This document shows, one piece after another, positions 1 to 7,090 of a stretch of 32,000 nucleotides of DNA. Both the position numbers and the translations under genes were made by a program. The stretch spans positions 900,001-932,000 of the forward strand of contig NZ_LT549890.1 in NCBI RefSeq assembly GCF_900079115.1, read 5' to 3'. The notes beneath the pieces were generated by a model. The model made no database searches. It was not told where the DNA came from and saw nothing but the letters and a program-made list of their open reading frames with translations. This DNA is from Saccharolobus solfataricus. GTDB lineage: Archaea; Thermoproteota; Thermoprotei_A; Sulfolobales; Sulfolobaceae. Each line of letters starts with the position of its first letter. The first letter of the stretch is position 1.

Positions 1-450
1 GAAGTTTGTAGTGTTTGCTATTATAAATCCCGCTAAAATGAGAACTGTACTCAGCTCTCCAAATGCCATGAAAACGAATGGTGGTCTATTATTCTTTGCT
101 GTTAGACCTATTGCTACATATGCTGGGATTGTCATTATTTCCCATCCTGCGAGGAATAACAGATAACCATCAGAGTTTAAGACAATGGTCATGCCTAAGA
201 TTGTTAGTATGTATAAGGGGGAGAGCCATTTCCCGTAATGATCGTACTCTATTGAGAAAATTGAGGCAAGAATCCACACTGAGGTAGAAATTATGGAGAA
301 GAATGAGAGAACTCCATTATATTCGTAAATCGAGGTGATAAGTAGTATTATTGATGATATCATTGTCAAGATATATCCCGCTTTTTTATTAAAGATTGAG
401 AATATAATAGAAATTAGAAATGGGGGTAATGTATAGAGTAGCGTGTTCAT
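1..450 (-). CDS. NuoL/HyfB(HycC)-type antiporter-like membrane subunit, N-terminal 150 codons; the gene runs off the window start
   Basis: Not in the ORF track because it is truncated. Hand translation of the minus strand from ATG 450..448 is open to base 1: MNTLLYTLPPFLISIIFSIF...DGYLLFLAGWEIMTIPAYVAIGLTAKNNRPPFVFMAFGELSTVLILAGF. It has an ATGA start/stop overlap with the 447..1052 gene. It is very hydrophobic and carries the GWE-x-M helix motif typical of complex-I antiporter-like subunits. Confidence 0.6.
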   Translation of the reverse strand, partial: MNTLLYTLPPFLISIIFSIFNKKAGYILTMISSIILLITSIYEYNGVLSFFSIISTSVWILASIFSIEYDHYGKWLSPLYILTILGMTIVLNSDGYLLFLAGWEIMTIPAYVAIGLTAKNNRPPFVFMAFGELSTVLILAGFIIANTTNF

Positions 451-1052
451 TTTCCCTTCACCTTCATCAAGGCTTCGAGTATTGTAAAGGGATTTGGTGG
501 ACAACCGGGGATTTCCACTACTGCTTCTAATGGTACTCCTTCGCCTATTATTCCTCCTGAGATAGCGCAAGCACCTAATAATATAACTACTTTGGGTTCT
601 GGCATTGCTTCATAAGCTTTTTTTAACACTTCTTTCATTTTCTCTGTCATTACCCCCATTACTACTAATGCGTCTGCATGTCTTGGAGTATTGGTGAAGA
701 ATATGCTAAATCTTGTCATATCGTATTCTGGTGATGAGATCAGCTTCAGTTCCATGTTACATCCTCCGCATGTGCCGGAGTCTATTGGGTAAAGGTAAAA
801 TGACCTTTTGAAGAGGGGTTGTGTTTTGTTTATTGTATATATTCTTGGATTGAGATTTGGTCTATAGTTGGGATAGCATCTTCTGCAAAATACGCATCTT
901 TCCTTTATCCACTTTCCATCCTTTATGGCGTTTGTTGGACAGTTTACAGTTCCCTCTCCTTGTATTTCAGTGCTCCATTCCGCTATTTCCTTCGGGTATT
1001 TCTCTGTCATTACTCCTTTTCTTAAACCTCTAATAAACCACCAATTCTTCAC
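447..1052 (-). CDS. NuoB/HycG-type [4Fe-4S] small subunit fused to a degenerate single-cluster ferredoxin (NuoI/HycF-like) N-domain
   Basis: The C-terminal part has the small-subunit cysteine pattern GTCGGCNMEL ... LLGACAISGG ... IPGCPPNP. The N-terminal part has NCPTNAI ... CVFCRRCYPNY, that is one CP plus one CxxCxxC. It overlaps both neighbouring genes by 4 nt. Confidence 0.8.
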   Translation of the reverse strand: MKNWWFIRGLRKGVMTEKYPKEIAEWSTEIQGEGTVNCPTNAIKDGKWIKERCVFCRRCYPNYRPNLNPRIYTINKTQPLFKRSFYLYPIDSGTCGGCNMELKLISSPEYDMTRFSIFFTNTPRHADALVVMGVMTEKMKEVLKKAYEAMPEPKVVILLGACAISGGIIGEGVPLEAVVEIPGCPPNPFTILEALMKVKGK

Positions 1053-2224
1053 TTTAACATCACTCCTATTTCACTTACCCAAATTCCAAAACTTTCCCAA
1101 TTGAATTGAAAATCGGTAAATATTGTGTTTATCACGCTTTTCAAAAATAGGTTGAGATTGACTTGTGAAGGAGTGAGAAGTGATACTGAGTCGATAATCC
1201 CGTTATTTAACTTGACGTAATAGGCTAGATCACCAGATGGACTCTCGACTCTGGCTAGTCCCTCTCCCCCTCCTTGTTTGTGATTTTTCCCTCTCTCGTT
1301 ATTGCTGTTCTTTATTTCATCGTGTAACTCTACTAAAATTTTGGCCGACTCGATTATCTCCATTCCCCTAACTAGGAACCTTCCGAATGAGTCTGCCTCT
1401 TGTGTGATAACTGTTCTAAAACCTAAGTCTTCATAAGGTAAGGCTTTAAAGTCCTTTCTCGCATCGTAAGCGAGTCCAGCAGCTCTTGCAGCTGGTCCTA
1501 TACTGTTTTCATCTATTATTTTTCCGTTTTCTTGGAGTCTATCTATGAAGATTCTACTTTCAAGTAGCCCATCGAAGATTTGTTTAAATTCCTTGGTAAT
1601 ATCTATTATTCTTAATAAATTTCCGAAATCGCAGTTAACCCCGTTAATTGCATTAACGCCAAAGAAATACCTGTGACCACACATTTTGCCTATTAATCTG
1701 TTGACTTTTTCAACGAGGTGCAAGAGATGGTATGTAGGTACGTTTAGTGATGTGGTTTCAGTTAATCTCGATATTACGAATAAGTGATTTCTTATTCTTT
1801 CCAATTCTATTTCGGCTATTCTCTTTAGTTGGGTTGGATAGTCTTGTTCTAATTCTAACGAATCTTCTACAGCGAGTAAAAAGGATATTGTGTGGGAAGC
1901 ACTAAATGGAGCGTTTATTCTCTCTACTCTGAGTAAGGCATCGTCCACAGTTAAACCGCTTATTACTATTTCTCTGTTCTTGTATACCTCAGCGTCTATT
2001 CCTAGAATTTTTTCACCATTAGTTGTAATAATGAATTTTATTGTTTCGAGTAGTCCTCCAGCTGAGGGTCCGTAAATGAACTTGAATGATCCATACGTTT
2101 GTGTTATATTTGGTTTGTTTTCCTCACATTTCTCTTCTGTTATCGTTTTTTCGTAGAGACAATAATCCCCTATTTTGCCTATTTTCCTTCCCTCGCCTTT
2201 TTGAGTCCATTTATAGTATTTCAT
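1049..2224 (-). CDS. NuoD/HycE-type 'large subunit' homologue lacking NiFe-site cysteines
   Basis: 391 aa. It has family-like blocks (YGPSAGGLLE, LLRVERINAPFSASHTISFLLAVEDSLE, PSGDLAYYV). The N-terminal RxCGxCxxxH position reads RINAPFSASH, and the C-terminus (ESFGIWVSEIGVMLK) has no DPCxxC. Position in the operon fits a large subunit. Confidence 0.7.
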   Translation of the reverse strand: MKYYKWTQKGEGRKIGKIGDYCLYEKTITEEKCEENKPNITQTYGSFKFIYGPSAGGLLETIKFIITTNGEKILGIDAEVYKNREIVISGLTVDDALLRVERINAPFSASHTISFLLAVEDSLELEQDYPTQLKRIAEIELERIRNHLFVISRLTETTSLNVPTYHLLHLVEKVNRLIGKMCGHRYFFGVNAINGVNCDFGNLLRIIDITKEFKQIFDGLLESRIFIDRLQENGKIIDENSIGPAARAAGLAYDARKDFKALPYEDLGFRTVITQEADSFGRFLVRGMEIIESAKILVELHDEIKNSNNERGKNHKQGGGEGLARVESPSGDLAYYVKLNNGIIDSVSLLTPSQVNLNLFLKSVINTIFTDFQFNWESFGIWVSEIGVMLK

Positions 2225-3543
2225 GAAAGGATCACCAGTAAAAGTATACCGAGAACGAGTGGAATTATAGATGATACAAGAGAAATGAACGTGATTAGCT
2301 TGGGTTCTTCTGAGACTGTCAGCTCTCTTTGAGTGAATATCATTTTGGTAACGTTATAGTTTATTGAGATGAAAGCTGTTGCCAGAGAAATTACTATTAA
2401 TATAAACTCTATAATATAACCTTTTTGAATTAATGTTTGTAATATGAAGAATTCTCCTATGAAAGTTGCAAAGGGTGGCGTACCAGTTACAGCTAGAGAG
2501 GACAATAATAGCGATACTGAGGTGAGTTTTAGTTTTGTATGTAAACCGCCTATGTTTTCAATTCTCTTTTCTCCAAGGACTTTCAATACAATTCCGCTAG
2601 AGTAAAAGGCACCCGCTTTGCCAAATGCGTGTGCAAGAAGGAGGATTATTGCTCCGAGGGGTTGGCCTATTGTAAGTCCAAGCAAGGCTAGGTTCATGTT
2701 TTCTATGGTTGAGTATGCAAACATTCTCTTTATATGCCATTGATAGGTTAGGATAATCGATGCGGTTATTATCGATAAAGTTGTGAATATTACAAAGATA
2801 TTGGTTAATGGATTTACTTGATATACCATGTACACCACGTAAGTTGCGGCTGGAAGTAGTACTCCAGAAAATAATGCGCTTATTGGAGATGGCGCTTCGC
2901 TATGAGCATCTGGTAACCACGTGTACATGGGGAAAACTCCTGCTTTTGTTCCAAATCCTATTAAAGCTAGAGCTACCGCAAGTTTAGTTATTATGTTGTT
3001 TTCAGGTTTTGTAAGTATTTCCGTTACAGTTAATGTATGGTAATTATAGTAGATGAAAATTATTGAGAATAGGGCTAAGGTTACTCCAGCGGATACTATG
3101 ATTATATACCTCCACGTGGCTTCCAGTGAGGTTTCAGATGCTTCCGCTATTATTAGAAGAGCTGAGGTCACAGTTGTGAGTTCTACCCCAACCCACATTA
3201 GACCGTAATTGTTCATAATAACGGTAAAAAGCATTGATGATGCGAAGGAATTTAGTAGAATGTAGTATAATCTTTCACTTACTATTTTGCTTGGTTTTAT
3301 ATAATTCATGGAGTAAAGGGTAGATAGGAGATAAATTGATGCAATCACCAATAGGAAAAACGTTGTGAACTTAGTGATGAAGAAGAAAGAGTTTTTGATT
3401 GGTGCTAAGAAGTAAAGGAAGATGCTGATGATTGATGTTAGTACTGCTGATAGTACGGATAGGGTCTTAATTAGCTTGAGTTTGAAAAAGCCTACGTTAC
3501 TTATTATAGGAATTAATAGTAAGAGTATGGGTTCAATATTCAT
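2221..3543 (-). CDS. NuoN/NuoM/HyfF-type antiporter-like membrane subunit
   Basis: 440 aa polytopic membrane protein with blocks such as FGTKAGVFPMYTWLPDAHSEAPSPISALFSGVLL and LAHAFGKAGAFY, which are typical of the NuoL/M/N-Mrp family. 4-nt overlap with the downstream gene. Confidence 0.75.
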   Translation of the reverse strand: MNIEPILLLLIPIISNVGFFKLKLIKTLSVLSAVLTSIISIFLYFLAPIKNSFFFITKFTTFFLLVIASIYLLSTLYSMNYIKPSKIVSERLYYILLNSFASSMLFTVIMNNYGLMWVGVELTTVTSALLIIAEASETSLEATWRYIIIVSAGVTLALFSIIFIYYNYHTLTVTEILTKPENNIITKLAVALALIGFGTKAGVFPMYTWLPDAHSEAPSPISALFSGVLLPAATYVVYMVYQVNPLTNIFVIFTTLSIITASIILTYQWHIKRMFAYSTIENMNLALLGLTIGQPLGAIILLLAHAFGKAGAFYSSGIVLKVLGEKRIENIGGLHTKLKLTSVSLLLSSLAVTGTPPFATFIGEFFILQTLIQKGYIIEFILIVISLATAFISINYNVTKMIFTQRELTVSEEPKLITFISLVSSIIPLVLGILLLVILS

Positions 3544-3548
3544 TTAGA

Positions 3549-4190
3549 TCACCCTTTTAGTTCATCTAACCTAGAATGTTCTGCTTTTTCTAACGTCAAA
3601 ATTGAGGAAATTATAACTAGCCCTAATACATCAAGGAATACACTCACTTCTATTAAGAAGGGAATGGGTAGTAATAAAATACCAAAAAGAATTGTGGAGT
3701 TTTCTTCTTCTATGAAACCGATGAATTGAAATATTGTACTTTTTCTAGAAATAATAAGGAATAGACCCTGGAAGAGTAAGACAAAGGCGAACAATAGCAT
3801 TAGCGTGTTGTTGATTTCCGTACTTATGGGTATTTTCTCCAATACGAAATAATATACTACTAGAGATGCTATAATGGAAAATGCGAGATTCAATATTAGT
3901 TCAGATGCTACTCCCTTAGAGCTTTCTCTAGCTCCTGGTTTCTCTTTAACTAGACCTCTAAATAAAAATATTGTGATTAGTACAGTCCTCAGTAGTATTA
4001 CTGTTATTCCTAAAATTATATAGTCGATGGAAAAAAGTGAGATTCCTAGATGGAAGGCTAGAATTGCGATTAAGGTAGATTGAATGGCTTGTGCATATAT
4101 TGCTGGTTTAAAGTAAGCTTGTCCTTGAATGTAAAAGGCTGAAATTAATATGAACGTTGAGAGTAGTTCTAGGATCTCTGAGTTAATCAC
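3549..4190 (-). CDS. Small polytopic membrane subunit, HyfE-like
   Basis: 213 aa, about 6 hydrophobic helices. Its size and its position between the NuoH-like and NuoN-like genes match hyfE of hydrogenase-4-type operons. No diagnostic motif recognised. Confidence 0.45.
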   Translation of the reverse strand: MINSEILELLSTFILISAFYIQGQAYFKPAIYAQAIQSTLIAILAFHLGISLFSIDYIILGITVILLRTVLITIFLFRGLVKEKPGARESSKGVASELILNLAFSIIASLVVYYFVLEKIPISTEINNTLMLLFAFVLLFQGLFLIISRKSTIFQFIGFIEEENSTILFGILLLPIPFLIEVSVFLDVLGLVIISSILTLEKAEHSRLDELKG

Positions 4191-4197
4191 TATACCT

Positions 4198-5160
4198 TCA
4201 CCCCAACAAGACAGTAAGCGTTAATGAAAGTAGGGAAAGGAGGAACGCCACTGCGAGATAATCCTGAACTTTAAATAGCCTTAATTTAGCTAGGGTGGTG
4301 TTTATTATAACGCTAATAAGGATTAGGAGTAACCATTTGCCGAACATCACCGCAATGTCTATTAAAGAGCCTATAATTCCAACTTGCAAAAACCAAGGGA
4401 ATATAAATACGTTTAGGAGTACTGAGCCTAATAGATATTGTTTGATGTAAGAACCCCACTTTAGTATTGCAAGTAATTTTCCGCTATATTCGTAGAGAAC
4501 TCCATCGTCTATCATACCCATTTCGCTTAGTCCAGGACTCTCTACGGGTAATTTACCGGTTTCGAATAACCATAACATGAAGAATGAGATCGATACGAAG
4601 ATGTGGTCTAGTTGAAAGTAATGAGAGAGGCTTTGGGAAACGTAATCTAATGTTACGTAAGGGTTGTTTGTACCAGTTATTAGTGCAACGCCGAAGAAAA
4701 CCGTTATCAGTGTAGCTTCAGATAAGAAAGTGAAAGAGAGAATTCTACTTACTCCTAATGCTACGAAATTACTTCCACTTTCTAGGGAGGCAATTATTTT
4801 TATGAACGCAGCTAAGGAGAAGAGTAATGCTCCCCCTAAGAAATCCACCGTAGGGGTGAGTAAGATGGGCACTGGATAAACTACTGGGATGACGAAGGAA
4901 ATAAGGAGATAAATCCCAAAAACTATGTAAGGAGCATAAACAAATAGAGATAATGAGTTATTTGAAATAACGGTTTCTTTTCTTAGTAGTTTAATTATAT
5001 CATAGTAAGGTTGCAGAACACTGGGGCCTTTACGCCCTTCTATTATGGCTTTTCCCCTATCGTAAATTCCTTGATATAATGGGGATAGTAGAATAACTAC
5101 AATAACTTGAGTTATGGTTAAAACTACTATCTGAGCTTCATTTGGCGCCATACTTCCCAC
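4198..5160 (-). CDS. NuoH/HycD-type membrane subunit, first gene of the operon
   Basis: 320 aa polytopic protein. The N-terminal region (GRKGPSVLQPYYDIIKLLRKE) resembles the conserved R-x-GP-x-G-x-LQ-x-ADxxKL block of NuoH/HycD. The track start is GTG 5160; an in-frame ATG lies at 5151. Confidence 0.7.
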   Translation of the reverse strand: MGSMAPNEAQIVVLTITQVIVVILLSPLYQGIYDRGKAIIEGRKGPSVLQPYYDIIKLLRKETVISNNSLSLFVYAPYIVFGIYLLISFVIPVVYPVPILLTPTVDFLGGALLFSLAAFIKIIASLESGSNFVALGVSRILSFTFLSEATLITVFFGVALITGTNNPYVTLDYVSQSLSHYFQLDHIFVSISFFMLWLFETGKLPVESPGLSEMGMIDDGVLYEYSGKLLAILKWGSYIKQYLLGSVLLNVFIFPWFLQVGIIGSLIDIAVMFGKWLLLILISVIINTTLAKLRLFKVQDYLAVAFLLSLLSLTLTVLLG

Positions 5161-5171
5161 CCTTTTGTGGT

Positions 5172-5250
5172 GAAGTAGGCGTCATCAGCCCCTATCATTA
5201 ATCAAGAGGCGGTTCGGGGTTATCCCCAGGGGGACGCCATCCCCTACTTC
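5172..5250 (-). promoter_or_regulatory. GC-rich about 80-nt imperfect hairpin, either the 5' leader of the operon or an independent small RNA
   Basis: Complementary arms on the plus strand: gaagtagg 5172-5179 / cctacttc 5243-5250; ggcgtc 5178-5183 / gacgcc 5233-5238; cccct 5189-5193 / agggg 5228-5232. An inner hairpin gggg-ttat-cccc lies at 5216-5227. It is embedded in very AT-rich DNA and ends 12 nt upstream of the GTG start. Confidence 0.35.
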
Positions 5251-5288
5251 ATTGAGTAAACTCCGCATGTTAATATCGAAGCAAACTA

Positions 5289-5295
5289 TTTTAAA
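5289..5295 (-). promoter_or_regulatory. TATA-like box (TTTAAAA on the minus strand) positioned to start a transcript just upstream of the hairpin
   Basis: ttttaaa at 5289-5295. Its centre lies about 26 nt upstream of about 5266, which would give a roughly 100-nt leader containing the hairpin. Confidence 0.3.
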
Positions 5296-5895
5296 GCTAT
5301 CGCTACACCATAAGGATGAAGTAAACTCGAACTATATTATTGTAAATGCTACTTAGGCTGGAAATAGAATCGAATACTAATTTATTGTATCAAGTATATT
5401 TAATAGCCTAAAATCAAACTATTAAAATTAATAAATATATAACAATAGATCGAATTTATAGAGCCTTTCTTTTATCAAGGAACGAAGTAGATAAACGAAG
5501 ATAAACATAAAATATTTTTAACACAACTCGTACGTCATGTTCTGGGTTTTTATATCCTCTTCAAAAATAAGAGTTAAGTAAAGAAATCAGAGAGGAAATG
5601 TTGTTCCTCCTTCTTCAAACAAACTAGATCTTTCAAAATGTTAAACCTGGAAGTCACATGACCTACCTAAATCTGTCAAGTATCTGATAACTTTATTATC
5701 ACTATTGTACGAGCTCACATTAGACAAAAATACTACAAAGCTAAAATGTGATCTCAGACTAGCCGTACTTCCTCTCAAACGAGAGATGTAATTCCGAATC
5801 AATGAGAAGAACCAACCTAACTCATCTTTTAGATTAATGTAAATAATGGTCGAATTATCGTATTTTTCTCCTTTTAAGCTTTATCCATTTAAGTA

Positions 5896-6306
5896 TTGAT
5901 TATCATGATAGGCAAGGTAATTGTTGTACTAGCAATCATTCTAGTAGGAGTATTTCTCTTAACTCATACTAACCTATTCTATCATCCACAGACTCCAGTT
6001 TCTAAAGGGCAAGAGTACTATACGACTACAAATGTTCAAAACATAACTTATCAATTTGGTATAATATCAAATGTGTCAACAAATTACACTGTTCCCTTGA
6101 AGTTAAGTTATGGCAATGTTACAATTAAAGTAATGGGACATAACGCGTTTAACTTAACCGTGGTAAATAACTCCACTGTAATTTACTCTGGTATAGTTGA
6201 TAGATATTTTAGTAAGACATTTATCATTGGTGGCGATGTTAAGTTAGTGTTTTCATCAAGGCAAGGGTTAGAAGTTAATGTAACGATTTTTGATGTGTTA
6301 AGTTAG
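5896..6306 (+). CDS. Small membrane-anchored extracellular protein, hypothetical
   Basis: 136 aa. N-terminal hydrophobic helix (KVIVVLAIILVGVFLL) followed by a beta-rich region with many N-x-S/T sequons. No recognised family. Confidence 0.45.
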   Translation: MIIMIGKVIVVLAIILVGVFLLTHTNLFYHPQTPVSKGQEYYTTTNVQNITYQFGIISNVSTNYTVPLKLSYGNVTIKVMGHNAFNLTVVNNSTVIYSGIVDRYFSKTFIIGGDVKLVFSSRQGLEVNVTIFDVLS

Positions 6307-6337
6307 TTTTTTCTTTTTATCTTCCATTTCTTTTTGT

Positions 6338-7036
6338 ATGTATAAGTACTTTGACGCTCATTGCCATTATTCCTATTTAAAGAAGAAGTATGAAGGTTAT
6401 CTTATAGCTGCGGTTTCAATGGATTACCAATCCGCTATGGATACTTTCTCCTTAAAGAGTGACAACGTATTAGTAGGAGTTGGTATTCATCCTTGGCGTG
6501 TTCATGAGGAGGATCTGACTAGAATTTTATCGTTGATTATTAAAGCTGATTTCGTTGGAGAAGTTGGTTTGGATTACAGATTCGCTAAGGCTCCTAAAGA
6601 ATTGCAGATTAAATATTTTGAGGAGCAGATAAAAGCGGGAGAAGGTAAGTTGATAAACGTCCACGCTTTAGACGCTTGGAAAGACGCTTTCAACATTTTA
6701 GTTAAAAACGACGTGAAGAGTGCTATCTTTCACTGGTATACTGGTCCCATTAATCTGTTGAAGGATATTGAGAGTGCTGGGTATTTTATTTCTATAAATC
6801 CTTCCGTTTCTTTCCAGAAGAAGCATCAAGAAGTGTTGAAAAATGTCGACCTAAAAAACGTTCTTACAGAGAGTGATGGTGGGTATGAATATAGGGGTAA
6901 GCTATTAGAACCTAGTGATATACCTAACGCTATCTCATTTATGAGCAATTTTTTAGGTATAGAAGAGTATAAGCTAGTGAGAATAATAAGCAATAATTTT
7001 TTCAAAGCTTATGGAGTAAACCCAGTTAATAATTGA
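6338..7036 (+). CDS. tatD: TatD-family metal-dependent hydrolase/DNase
   Basis: TatD motif series FDAHCH, GEVGLDY, NVHA, FHWYTG, TESDG. Confidence 0.8.
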   Translation: MYKYFDAHCHYSYLKKKYEGYLIAAVSMDYQSAMDTFSLKSDNVLVGVGIHPWRVHEEDLTRILSLIIKADFVGEVGLDYRFAKAPKELQIKYFEEQIKAGEGKLINVHALDAWKDAFNILVKNDVKSAIFHWYTGPINLLKDIESAGYFISINPSVSFQKKHQEVLKNVDLKNVLTESDGGYEYRGKLLEPSDIPNAISFMSNFLGIEEYKLVRIISNNFFKAYGVNPVNN

Positions 7037-7090
7037 TATTAATACGGATAGTAAGATCGTTTTAAATTTTCTAGATCAGTATACTATTGT

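Noticed and set aside
78-287. 69-aa plus-strand ORF at the window start, plus the analogous short track ORFs 819-1025, 1890-2075, 2099-2332, 4664-4879, 8731-8919, 11813-12025, 12394-12600, 19562-19762, 21913-22098, 23906-24094, 24045-24239 and 24609-24815
   Set aside because: Each lies entirely antisense to, or out of frame within, a much longer ORF with clear family motifs. They are short with odd composition and have no start context. I treat them as shadow ORFs.
5168-5254. The GC-rich hairpin read as a tRNA gene, an H/ACA guide sRNA or a C/D box sRNA
   Set aside because: It has a 7-bp acceptor-like stem followed by A-CCA and a downstream ACA, and its minus strand contains CUGAUGA (C-box-like). 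However, I cannot fold D or T arms. The strand opposite CUGAUGA has no GA to make a K-turn. There is no D box (CUGA) in the required geometry and no pseudouridylation pocket. I kept it only as an unexplained structured element.
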